A stretch of 64,000 nucleotides of DNA from Verrucomicrobiota bacterium (GTDB lineage Bacteria; Verrucomicrobiota; Verrucomicrobiia; Opitutales; Seribacteraceae), in the NCBI GenBank assembly GCA_027622665.1, contig JAQBYT010000011.1, forward strand, positions 1 to 64,000, given 5' to 3'. Of this stretch, positions 7,701 through 17,900 are shown piece after piece (within the stretch, counting starts at the first letter, position 1; every line of letters begins with the position of its first letter). Below the pieces are notes generated by a model. The model worked only from the letters and a program-made list of their open reading frames with translations. It did no database searches and was not told where the DNA came from. Position numbers and translations under genes: made by a program.

Positions 7701-9984
7701 ATCTCTTTTGTTCAGCCTGCATGATGAGCAAGTGATTCCTATAAGGCCTAACGAAGAAAATTTTCAAGGCGGCCACGAAGAGAATGCCGAAGAGGGTAGA
7801 GGTGTAGGCACCGATTAGCGCATCCTGCTTTATGTCAAGCACGAGCAGAAGAATCAGGGAAAGAACAGTCCCACCCAAACCTACGTAGAGCCCGAGATCG
7901 AAGAGAGTATCCTCGTTATCGAGTAGTTTAACTTTCAACCGAGCGTCAGCCTCTTCACGCTTAACTTGTGAAATACGCAACAAGCAGAAGACGAAGATCA
8001 CCAACTGCATTAGAAGAAACGTACCGGCCACCGCTCCGGTTACAATAGTTAGATTGTTATCCGGCATAGCTTCGTCCTTGGCCGACATAAGTAGATTCGC
8101 AAGCGCAAAATCAAAACCGGCCACGGAAACTTGTCCCCGGGGGGTTTGCAAGAGTGTGGGCTCAAGTAAAAAAAGAACAAGTACGCAGGCCATGGAACCC
8201 ACGGTGAAATTGCGTAAAACACGCAAAATCGGGGAGCCTACGCTTCGACTGTAGTCGGGGTTTGGAAGAAGATTGGCGATGGCGGTGCTGAACAAGGCCC
8301 CCGCGATGAGAAAAAGCGACAACTTCAAAAATATGGCCGTTTTTCGGTAGGCGTGAGAGAACCAGGTCAACAATCCGCCACCGATGACAGGAAACACGGG
8401 TTGAATCGTGCTCAAAACCGGACCCGGATTGTGCAGGGGTTTACGCATTTGCAAAAGATACTTCAACGCTTCGGCCCCATGCCCCATGGCAAACTTCATA
8501 TCATCCAAGGCTGCAACCGTAGCGTTTTCGTCGCCATCCGCATCATAAACCGGGAAACTCTTGACATAGGAAAGAACACCCGAAGGATTTCCCGACAACA
8601 AAGTAGCGGCATAAACGACGGAAAGTTCTCGCTGAAATCGTTTCTCCGTTTCCTCGCGCTCGGAATAGAGGTTTTCAAGCTCAACTTTTTTTCCCTCTGT
8701 TTCCTCGGGAGCCAAGGAGGAAATCTCTCTCCGAGCGGCCTTGATTTTTCCGGCCACCTCGGAAAGGGGACGATTCCGCATGCGGATGAGAGTCGCGAGA
8801 TCGAAGACGCCTTTCAAATCGGGGCAGCGCTTCGTAAGTTCGGCCATCTGAATCAAGTTTAGCTTGCGAGCCAACTGCTGTGCAGCCCAATAAAAAGCCC
8901 TTAATTTTTCTTTCGCTTCCAAATTACCCGCCAACAAACCCTGCGAAAGTTTTCCAAGCTCAAAACCGACGTCGGAGCTAAAATAATCCTTTTCGATAGC
9001 CATGGCCGTACCCACCATCATGGGAACGAGCATCGGATACGGAAGCCAGCGACCATGCTCCTCGAGCTTACCGTCCGGACCGATAACGCCCCCGAGCATC
9101 ACCTCGTAGCCTCCGTCTGCAGTGGGACCGGCTTTGATGATACCGAGGCGCGAAAGGGTCGACGGGTAGTCGAGAAAAGCGAGATCCGCCGCCTCAAGCA
9201 CACTGGCATTGGCCTCCATGGCCATTTCGCGTCCTTCGCGCCTTAGGGTGAACCCCCTGGGCAATGAATTTTCGAGGGCCAAGGATTGCCGAGCTTCGAC
9301 CAAGCAATCATCGCGAATTTCTGCCTCACTCGCATTGGCGTCAATTTCGGCTTTTGATCGTAGCGCGACCGAAACCAACAAACGACGCTGAGGAAAGAAA
9401 CGAAAGTTCTCCAATCGAATAAGCTTAGTTCCGGGAAAGCTGCTCAGATTCGGTTCATTGATAACCTTGGCCCAAAACGCGCCGGGGCGACCTTCCTTTG
9501 GTATACTCGCCAAAATCGCCTGAACGTTCTTGTTCGAGCTACTTTCCTCCAATCGTGTCCAGAGATCTCCTTTTGTTTTCGCTCTGTTGTAGACGAAATA
9601 AGCGGAAAAACGCTTTTGCTCTCTGCTGTATTCGTCGAGACCGCCGAAATACTCCCGAAAGGTCAACAAATCGAAAATACTTCCACCGCCGGAAACTTCC
9701 AAATCACGATTACTTTTCTTTCTTTCGTCTACCTCGGACTTGAATTTCGCGGATTCTTCAGCCGGCAAAAGGGGAAGAAGCATTTCCACTGGGCCCAAGT
9801 TGTTTTCTCGGAGTTGTTGCTCGGCTTGGGTCGACAAGGTAGAACTCCCCTCCCCCACCATTGCCAAGGTGTCTTGCGAGATTGAGGTAAAATAGACGGG
9901 CGAAGCCAAACCAAGCAGTAGAACCAAAGTAGCCACAGGGAACCACAAGGCGTTGCCAAATTTCCCAATTACTCGAAATTTCAT
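7690..9984 (-). CDS. Membrane protein with a large extracytoplasmic domain and a C-terminal MotA/TolQ/ExbB-like channel segment
   Basis: N-terminal TM, ~500 aa soluble region, then several TMs ending in VGLGGTVLSL and GAYTSTLFGI (cf. TolQ/ExbB GLxGTVxG and ALxxTxxGL). Confidence 0.6.
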   Translation of the reverse strand: MKFRVIGKFGNALWFPVATLVLLLGLASPVYFTSISQDTLAMVGEGSSTLSTQAEQQLRENNLGPVEMLLPLLPAEESAKFKSEVDERKKSNRDLEVSGGGSIFDLLTFREYFGGLDEYSREQKRFSAYFVYNRAKTKGDLWTRLEESSSNKNVQAILASIPKEGRPGAFWAKVINEPNLSSFPGTKLIRLENFRFFPQRRLLVSVALRSKAEIDANASEAEIRDDCLVEARQSLALENSLPRGFTLRREGREMAMEANASVLEAADLAFLDYPSTLSRLGIIKAGPTADGGYEVMLGGVIGPDGKLEEHGRWLPYPMLVPMMVGTAMAIEKDYFSSDVGFELGKLSQGLLAGNLEAKEKLRAFYWAAQQLARKLNLIQMAELTKRCPDLKGVFDLATLIRMRNRPLSEVAGKIKAARREISSLAPEETEGKKVELENLYSEREETEKRFQRELSVVYAATLLSGNPSGVLSYVKSFPVYDADGDENATVAALDDMKFAMGHGAEALKYLLQMRKPLHNPGPVLSTIQPVFPVIGGGLLTWFSHAYRKTAIFLKLSLFLIAGALFSTAIANLLPNPDYSRSVGSPILRVLRNFTVGSMACVLVLFLLEPTLLQTPRGQVSVAGFDFALANLLMSAKDEAMPDNNLTIVTGAVAGTFLLMQLVIFVFCLLRISQVKREEADARLKVKLLDNEDTLFDLGLYVGLGGTVLSLILLLVLDIKQDALIGAYTSTLFGILFVAALKIFFVRPYRNHLLIMQAEQKRYEP

Positions 9985-10157
9985 AAGAAGTTAACTCGGG
10001 GCTGCAACCTTGAGGTAAACATACCGAGAAGCAAACGGATTTTACAAAACACTGCACATTTACGTAAGAAAGTCGATTTCTCTCTGTTTCGAAGCGACTA
10101 AGCAAATTGACCTTTGTGCAATCCTGAGGCACAACAAAGGTCAAAATCATTAACAAA

Positions 10158-10751
10158 ATGATCCTTCGCATCACACAGTACGACGAACCCATCCTTAGGC
10201 AGGCCGGAGGGGACGTAACCGTCTTTGACGAGAAACTCGCCAAACTGGCGGAAGACATGGTCGATACCATGCATGGAGCGGAAGGAATAGGTCTAGCCGC
10301 ACAACAAGTGGGTAAGGCGCTCCGCTTTTGCGTAGTGGAGATACCTCACAATCCGGAACATCCGATGACTTGCATCTTCGACGGCAAACCGCTAAATCCC
10401 GACTTGCTCATGCCTCTCGCCTTGGCCAATCCTGAAATCGAGGAATTACCCGGTGACGATATGGTTTACGAAGAAGGGTGCCTATCATTCCCCGATATCC
10501 GAGGCGACGTCGTGAGAGCCGATCGAGTGCGAGTGCGCTACGCAGATCTGCAAGGTACCGAACATTCGCTCGAATGCGATGCTCTCCTCTCCCGTTGCAT
10601 TCAACACGAGACAGACCATCTCGAAGGCATTCTCTTCATAGACCGCATGGAACCTGAAGTTCTAGCCGAGATCAAACCCGACGTAAAAGAGCTTAAAAGA
10701 CTCACAAAAAAAGCCCGCATGCAGGAGTCGAAGCCCCCTCGCGAAAGCTGA
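10158..10751 (+). CDS. def: Peptide deformylase
   Basis: GIGLAAQQ, EGCLS and QHETDHL motifs. Confidence 0.97.
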   Translation: MILRITQYDEPILRQAGGDVTVFDEKLAKLAEDMVDTMHGAEGIGLAAQQVGKALRFCVVEIPHNPEHPMTCIFDGKPLNPDLLMPLALANPEIEELPGDDMVYEEGCLSFPDIRGDVVRADRVRVRYADLQGTEHSLECDALLSRCIQHETDHLEGILFIDRMEPEVLAEIKPDVKELKRLTKKARMQESKPPRES

Positions 10752-10756
10752 CGACC

Positions 10757-11134
10757 ATGGGACGCAGGACACGTCAAGGGACGCTCATTTTGGAAACGAT
10801 CCGCCAAGCCAAGAGACCGTTGACTCCTGCTGAAGTTCACTCGGCCGCCTTGAAGGAAATACCAAACTTGGGTCTGGCCACCGCTTATCGACACGTAAAG
10901 GCTCTCGCGGAACAATCAGTTGTGGTGGGCGTCGACTATCCCGGACAACCGACACGCTACGAATGGGTAGACGGGCAAGACAAGACCCACTTCACCTGTC
11001 GAGGTTGCGACAAGCTTTTTGCCCTAGACCTCCCTCAAACGGATGAATTGCCTGTATTCGACCTACCTCCTGGATTCATAGCGACAGGAGGAGAGTTCAT
11101 CGTGTATGGGCTTTGCCCTAAGTGTTCGGGTTAG
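10757..11134 (+). CDS. Fur-family transcriptional regulator
   Basis: RRTRQ...LGLATAYR HTH region, HFTCRGC and YGLCPKC zinc motifs. Confidence 0.9.
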   Translation: MGRRTRQGTLILETIRQAKRPLTPAEVHSAALKEIPNLGLATAYRHVKALAEQSVVVGVDYPGQPTRYEWVDGQDKTHFTCRGCDKLFALDLPQTDELPVFDLPPGFIATGGEFIVYGLCPKCSG

Positions 11135-12951
11135 AACGAATAACGCAACCCGCCGAACGCCCCGATGCCCAAAGCGGGGAAACCGTCCACCTCTTCGTAT
11201 TCCTCGTCGAACAGATTCTCCACTCGCCCGAAAATACTCAAGGAAGAAGAAAGCTCATAGCTTCCATACAAACGGGCGACGACATAGTCCTCCCCTTCCG
11301 CCAGAGCAAAATCAACTCGATCGGACACCGACAGCCACTCAAATCCGCCATTTGCCTTTTCTCCCTGATAATCAACAGCCACCGAAAAGGTATGCCGAGG
11401 GCGACGAACAAGCCGAGAACCGTCGTTCTTCCTCGCATCCAGATAGGTGTAACCCGAACGAACTTGCCATGCTTGCGTCAAGGTCCGGACCAACGAAAGC
11501 TCCAGTCCACCTGTCTCCGCTTTATCTATATTTTTCATAATTCCAATCCAATCGCCATCGGGATCCCAATACTCGATCAGGTTCTCATACTTTGAGGAAA
11601 AACAAGATACGCTTCCCCGAGTAGTCCCGTCTTTGCCAAAGCGAAATCCAACTTCCCAAGACTTAATCTCTTCCGGCATGAGGTTAACATTCCCTCCCCA
11701 CCCCCACAAGTCGTTACCCGTCGGCACAGCAAAACTTTCGGAGTACCTACCGAACAAAGCAACGCCATCGACAAGCTCTTGCCGAGCAAAGACGGTGCCA
11801 GTCGTTTGCCCACCGTAGATCGAGTAATCTTCTTGGCGAAGTCCTGCGGTGACTTGGCTTCCCTCTGCAAAGGAAAACGCCAGCAGGCCAAAACCAGCCA
11901 AATTATTCAATCCATTGTCGACGGCGCCACCCTCCCTGTTAAAGTGCTGCTCATAATAATTTCCGCCCACTGTTAGGGACAAAGCATCCATCGCATCCCA
12001 AGTCCAGAGCGCGTCCACTTGGTCTCCATGCAAAACATCCGTTTCTCGATTGCGGCCGATTGCGTTCACAATTTCATCCGAAGAATGCGAATATATAAAC
12101 TGCATAGACCAGTTATCCCCTCCTCCACTTACACCGGGAGACAGAAGAAACTGTTCGTTCTCCTGAGAATCGGAAGAAGAAGGGAAAGAAAGAGAGCCGG
12201 GTACACCCATATCTGCGTCATACCCCATGCCCACGAGATCGATCGACCATCCATCCGGTAAGGCTCGAGCAAGTTTAAATGAGCCGAAAACATTCTTATA
12301 ATCCGCGTTGGGACGGTCGTTTTCCGTGGTCGTCCCCGAAAACCCAAGGTTTCCGCTCCATGCTTGCTCACGAAAGGCGGTTCGCAAATCACCGCGAAAA
12401 GTACCGTACGCCCCACCGCTCAAACCCATGTTCGAAGCAACACCCTTTCCGGGGAGTTGTCCACTGCGCAACATCACCGCTCCTCCGGCTCCCTCCGACC
12501 CGTACAAAGTAGAAGCGGAACCACGTAACACCTCCAAGCCCGAAAAGCCATCCATTCCCAGATGCCCCAAATTGTACTGTCCCGAAAAGCCACCGTTCAG
12601 CTTGCGACCGTCGAGCAGAAAAGTCACGTGATTGCTCTTGGCTCCACGACTAAACAAGGAAGTCTGACCACCTACCTGTCCCGAACGAACAACAGCTAAC
12701 CCAGGAATCGTTCGCAGGGCATCTGCCAAAGAGTAAATCTGACGATCGATCAGGTCCTCCGACGAAATAATCGTAACCCAAGGCGAAGCTTGTGAGAGTC
12801 GTTGTGGTGACCGAGTCTCCACAACGACCATAGATGAAAGTTCTCCCGAAGTAGCATCTTCCTGACAAAAGGAAGAAAACGGTACTAAAAAGACGATAAA
12901 TCCACCAAGTATTATCTTTGGAAAATGCATCAGTTCCTTAATGAGAATCAA
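11131..12951 (-). CDS. TonB-dependent receptor (BtuB-like); start may be 12930
   Basis: Plug motifs (LRTIPGL, SLFSRG, LLDG, LEVLRGSASTLYG), NLMPE, ENLFDEEY and C-terminal GLRYSF. Confidence 0.92.
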   Translation of the reverse strand: MILIKELMHFPKIILGGFIVFLVPFSSFCQEDATSGELSSMVVVETRSPQRLSQASPWVTIISSEDLIDRQIYSLADALRTIPGLAVVRSGQVGGQTSLFSRGAKSNHVTFLLDGRKLNGGFSGQYNLGHLGMDGFSGLEVLRGSASTLYGSEGAGGAVMLRSGQLPGKGVASNMGLSGGAYGTFRGDLRTAFREQAWSGNLGFSGTTTENDRPNADYKNVFGSFKLARALPDGWSIDLVGMGYDADMGVPGSLSFPSSSDSQENEQFLLSPGVSGGGDNWSMQFIYSHSSDEIVNAIGRNRETDVLHGDQVDALWTWDAMDALSLTVGGNYYEQHFNREGGAVDNGLNNLAGFGLLAFSFAEGSQVTAGLRQEDYSIYGGQTTGTVFARQELVDGVALFGRYSESFAVPTGNDLWGWGGNVNLMPEEIKSWEVGFRFGKDGTTRGSVSCFSSKYENLIEYWDPDGDWIGIMKNIDKAETGGLELSLVRTLTQAWQVRSGYTYLDARKNDGSRLVRRPRHTFSVAVDYQGEKANGGFEWLSVSDRVDFALAEGEDYVVARLYGSYELSSSLSIFGRVENLFDEEYEEVDGFPALGIGAFGGLRYSF

Positions 12952-13004
12952 TTATCAAAAGACAACCGCAATCATCTTTCATAAAAAGAAAAAAGAGGGG
13001 GTTG

Positions 13005-14144
13005 TTACTTCGCCTCGACGAAGCGAACGCAAACTGGCTTCGGGCTTTCGATCGAACTTCCTGTAGGAGTAAGGGCACCGGTTTTCGCATCAACGCGGAA
13101 AACGGCCACGTTGTTCGTGCTCTGGTTGGCGGCGAGAAGATAGGCGCCCGAAGGATCGATGCAGAAATTTCGAGGGGTCTTGCCACCGGAAGGTTCGTGC
13201 TCAATGAAAGTGAGCTTGCCGGATTTTTCGTCGATGGCGAAAACGGCAATGCTGTCGTGACCACGATTTGAGCAGTAAACGAATTTGCCCATCGGGTGTA
13301 CGCGAATTTCGGCGGTGCTGTTGTTACCCGTAAAATCCTTTGGTAGGGTGGAGACGGTTTGGAGTTCGCTGAGGGCACCCGTTGTCGCGTCGTGGGTGAA
13401 GACGGTCACCTTGGATGTCATTTCGAGGTTAACGTAGGCGAACTTGCCGGATGGATGAAAATTCAGGTGACGGGGACCGCCTCCAGGTTGAGTTTTGGCG
13501 AAGGGAGGATCATTCGGCTTCAGCTTCCCCTTCTTGTTAACCTTGTAAACGAGTACCTTGTCGAGACCGAGGTCGGCGCAATAAGCCCGTTTGTTCGCGG
13601 GGTCGACATTTATGGAATGGGCGTGCGGTCTCTTTTGGCGTCGCTCGTCCACGCTCGATCCTTCGTGCTGAAAAAAGGAAACTGCTTCGCTCAAGGTTCC
13701 GTCCTCGCCGATGCGGAAAGAAGCCACGCTCCCACCACCGTAGTTCGCCACGAATAAGGTCTTCCCCTCGGCATCAATTGTAATGTGGCAAGACCCGGCG
13801 CCTTTGGATGAAACTTGATTGAGTTGGGACAGCTCGCCGGTCTTTGCATCTATGGAAAAAGCCGTGACCGCCCCAGTTGGTTCCCCCTTGAACTCTCCCA
13901 TTTCGTTGGCGGCATATAGAAACTTTTGGGAGGGATGAATTTCGAGAAAGGCAGGATTCGTATGACTACCGAACACCTTCACCTTCTCGAGTTTGCCGCT
14001 CGAACGATCGAGCTTGCACAAGGTAATCCCCTGATCATCTCCCTGGGCATAGGCGCCCAAATATACCCAAGCGGAATTTTCGACGGCAGTCAGATGAGTA
14101 GCTACAGATAAGACAACGGCACTCATAAGGATTTTGAAGGTCAT
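13005..14144 (-). CDS. Secreted lactonase family protein (6-phosphogluconolactonase/YbhE-like 7-bladed propeller)
   Basis: ANYGGG, RQKRPHAH, ADLGLD, GPRH, SNRGHDSI and PRNF motifs; start chosen at ATG 14144 before a signal peptide. Confidence 0.92.
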   Translation of the reverse strand: MTFKILMSAVVLSVATHLTAVENSAWVYLGAYAQGDDQGITLCKLDRSSGKLEKVKVFGSHTNPAFLEIHPSQKFLYAANEMGEFKGEPTGAVTAFSIDAKTGELSQLNQVSSKGAGSCHITIDAEGKTLFVANYGGGSVASFRIGEDGTLSEAVSFFQHEGSSVDERRQKRPHAHSINVDPANKRAYCADLGLDKVLVYKVNKKGKLKPNDPPFAKTQPGGGPRHLNFHPSGKFAYVNLEMTSKVTVFTHDATTGALSELQTVSTLPKDFTGNNSTAEIRVHPMGKFVYCSNRGHDSIAVFAIDEKSGKLTFIEHEPSGGKTPRNFCIDPSGAYLLAANQSTNNVAVFRVDAKTGALTPTGSSIESPKPVCVRFVEAK

Positions 14145-14205
14145 AATGATTAGAAGGTTTACGAGATAGTAATAAAGGGAGAGCCTGGTCGTAAGCTCGG
14201 AAGAT

Positions 14206-14940
14206 TCAATTCGTAAGCGACTCGTGAAACACTCGACATGTAGGTAAAGCGGATTGCAGACTTTTGGCGCCTTCCGACGATATCTTCGTAGCGTAGACAT
14301 GAAGTTCTTGGAGGTTTTTCATTGTGGAAAGAGCTTTTATAGAATCATCGGTAATAGGCAAGTCGTGTAGCCAGAGCTTTTTCAGCCCTTTTAACGCGAG
14401 CAACATGAGAACCCCCGCATCCGTAACCCGAGTCTCGCCCAAATACAAGCCTTCGAGTTTGATCAGTTTTCCAAGAGGCAAGACACCCTTGTCCGTCACA
14501 TCGTTTCCTCGCAACCCCAAATAAGTAAGTTGTTCCATGCGGGAAAGGTGAACGAGTCCCTTGTCCGTCAAGTTCGTCTCTCCGATCGGAATCATCTTCA
14601 AAGATTTCGAATCGGACAAACGCCTCGCGCCTTCGTCACCCACCCAAGTACGATAAAGATTTAGCCACTCAAGCTTGGGAAGCTTTGCCGCATGAACCAT
14701 GCCCGAGTCCCCAACCCGCGTGTTCTCAAGTGAAAGGTCGACCAGATGGGGAAACATGAGCAAAGTCGCCATGTCCCCGTCCTCGACCTGCGTTCCGTTC
14801 AAGACGACCTCGACCACCTTGCCCTTCTTGACGAAAGCCTTACCACCCCACCCCTCCACATGATGCTTTGCCTGCCTCTCGTCCGCCCAAACAAAAGAAC
14901 AGGTGAAACAGGCGAAGGAGAACGCAAAAAAAAGACGCAC
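14206..14940 (-). CDS. Secreted leucine-rich repeat protein
   Basis: Signal peptide followed by 24-aa repeats LxxLxLxxTxVxDxG. Confidence 0.88.
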   Translation of the reverse strand: MRLFFAFSFACFTCSFVWADERQAKHHVEGWGGKAFVKKGKVVEVVLNGTQVEDGDMATLLMFPHLVDLSLENTRVGDSGMVHAAKLPKLEWLNLYRTWVGDEGARRLSDSKSLKMIPIGETNLTDKGLVHLSRMEQLTYLGLRGNDVTDKGVLPLGKLIKLEGLYLGETRVTDAGVLMLLALKGLKKLWLHDLPITDDSIKALSTMKNLQELHVYATKISSEGAKSLQSALPTCRVFHESLTN

Positions 14941-14945
14941 GCCTT

Positions 14946-17900
14946 TTATTTCCCGCCCGCCAGTAAAAACGCCAGCAAATCGTACAGTTCGGTCTCGGAA
15001 ATGGCAAGATCGAGCCCTTGAGGCATGAGGGAGTTGGAGGAGGCCACCTTTTTCGCAACATCGGCAAAGGGAACTCTTGTAACCTTGCCTGCAACGTCTC
15101 GCACCTCGAGCGTCTCGTTACCCACCTCGATCACGATGCCCGAAAGAATGCCTCCGTCCTTGGTCACAATGGAAGTCTGGCGAAATGCAGGATCTACATT
15201 GCGAGAAGGGTCAATCAAGTCTTCCAGCAAGCGTTCGACTCCTCGAACGCTCACGCCATCCAAATCAGGCCCGATTTCGGCTCCTTTACCGCCAATCCGA
15301 TGACATGCGGCGCAATACTTTGCAAATGTCGCGCTTCCGTTGCTCAAAGAGGTTTTCGCTGCTCGAAATCCTGCCGACCTAGAACGAACACGTTCACCTA
15401 ATTGTTCATCGCCGTCAGGCAAGTTCGTGGTCAATCTCTTCAAGCGAATCTCGACTTCGCGAAGCCCCGAACTTAAAAGCAGTTCTCGTATCCCCTTGCG
15501 ATGCAGAAGACGGGCTGAAGCTTTTCCGTGCTCCATGGCTACAAGCAAGATTTCCGCTCCCTGCTTGGAAGTAACTAAATTTGAGGCAAAGGCTTCCTGT
15601 AGTCGTTCAGGCGCAGCGGCGAAAGCGGCGTGAACACTCGCGACATCCTCACTCCCTCCAGTTCCCAGCCAACCGACCATGGCGCTACGCAGTAGCGAGG
15701 GTTGTTCGACATCGGCAACCAATTGGCGAGCCACCGGCCGCGTCCTTTCCTCATCCAGTCGACGACAAGACGCAAGAGCGACCAGTCTAGTTTCCGTCGA
15801 CTCCCCGGCGGAAATCAAAAGAGCAAGCAGGGGATCAAAGAGGTCTACCAGTTTAAGGTCGGCCGCAAGATGAAGAGCGTCTTGCCGAGTAATCGCGTTA
15901 AACTCTAACTCCGCCACGGTCGGCTCAATACGTCCAATAGCCAGCCAAGCATAACCTCCACCAGCATCGCCGTCCGTAAGCTCTAGCACCCCTTGCTTTC
16001 CTGCGTGGTCCTTCAAGTTCCAATCCACCTTGCGAGCGACATCGTTACGAGGCGGAAAAACCCTGAACAGAACTGTGTCATCTTCGGCCAATCGCAGACT
16101 GACAAAATTCTTCTCGTGCGGAGGATTCCCTGGAGAACCTCGATGCCCGGCAATATAGAAACTGAGACGATTGGGAATAGTAAATGGTCGACTCCGATAC
16201 AAGCCGACTAGTTTCTCTCCCTTGGGCAAGCTGCTGAGCATCACCGAATCTCGGCTGTCCACGCATCGACGGGTTTCCTTGGTCCACGGGTTCTCGGACA
16301 GATTTCCCCCAATGGGAACGGGCGTCCAAGAGAGAACACTGCGCTTACCAGTTTTTATCCACTGGCGCACAAGCCTCTCCGACAACGCGCCAAGTTCCTC
16401 GGGGAACTCCTGCCCTCTCCTTTTCGTTCCTTGCCACAATGCGCGCTGGAGGCGGAGGCGGAGGGATATGTCGTCCCCTGCACGTTCGTCGAGCGAACGA
16501 CCGACTCGGACCAAATCCGAGGCATCCACTCTCCCCGACACGAAATCAACCGTCTTCAGGGTAAGCTCTGTCCCTGCGTCCTCCACCTCTTCGAGGTACT
16601 TGAGCGCAGCTTGGGGGGCATGTCCACCCACAGTGACCGTTGCGATAGTGAGGAGATCGTCCGCTTTATTTCCCGCGTGAGTCCAAGGTTCGGCAGGCCA
16701 ACAACCGGCACCGAGCAAATCCCGCAAGGCGATACGCACGACGTGAACTAGATGTGTGTCTTTTTCCACCGCCTCTTTCCATGCCTTCAGCAATGGCGCA
16801 AAATACTCCACTGCGGGATGCCTGCCGGCGGTATCGGCAGCGGCTCTTCGCACGAAAGCGTCCTCATCGTCGAGGAAGTCAGAAACCCACTCTTTCTGCA
16901 AATTACCCAAGGCTTTCCGTTCGCCGAGAATATGACCAAGATGAACACGAACCAAAGGATTTTCGTTTCGACGCAAATCCTCGAAACGCCGGTCGTCCAA
17001 CATCCCGAGACGTTCCAATGCCCATGCCCCGTGGGCCAGTGACTTGGGAGTAGCACTCTTTTCGTTCATCACTTCAGTCAAAACCTCGACCACCTTTTTG
17101 CCTCGCGCAACAAGAAGATTCGTGGCCAGTGTTCGAATGAGCAAGTTCATCTCGCCGAGCTTCGCCGCAAGCCCGGCATCATCCAGCTTCGTCAAGTTGG
17201 CGATGGCAGGTGGCTTCACTTCCTTACGAACAATACGCCAGACTCGCCCGTGTTCGCGATCACGCTTCGGATGATCGAGCTTTACCTCGTAGTGACCGAT
17301 TATCGCGTTGTAAAAGTCCGCTATGTACAAAGCCCCGTCAGGGCCAAGTTGAACGTCCACAGGGCGAAACCAAGGATCATCGCAAGCGATGAAATCGGGT
17401 TGCGTGTCCACTAATCGAGTGGAACCGAAATCGCGCAACTTGTCCCTGTGCACCTTGCCCGTAACGGGATTGCACAAGAAGATATCGCCACGATACTCCT
17501 GCGGGAAATAGTCGGCATCGTAATACGCAACCCCGCATATCCCCGAGGAACCGTGGTTGTGGTCGATCATGTTGGGGCCATAACCCAGCCCGTCGTGCGG
17601 TTTCCCGAAACTCGAATAATAGGCTCCTCGCAAGAGCATCGTAACAGGCTTTGAGTGACAGTCTGCATCGTAGGCATTACCCAAGGAGTCGAAGCACAAC
17701 CCGAAAGGGTTAACCTGGCCCCAAGTTACTTGTTCGAAACGGGAACCATCGGGCCGAAATCGATAGGTATTACCGGAACGCATCTCCGTTACCCGGCCTG
17801 AACCGTCTTTCACGCTGGAAGAATTAGAAAAGCCATGACATCCGTACACCCAGCCATCAACCCAAGGAGTCAACGAGCTAACCATGCCGTGGGTGTCCGC

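Noticed and set aside
5979..9984. Zorya (ZorAB) anti-phage system
   Set aside because: The channel segment is C-terminal in the A-like protein, the B-like protein has no OmpA-like domain, and no ZorC/D/E-like genes are adjacent.
12952..13004. Cobalamin riboswitch upstream of the BtuB-like receptor
   Set aside because: The intergenic gap is only about 50 bp and shows no B12-box motif, so the substrate is left unassigned.
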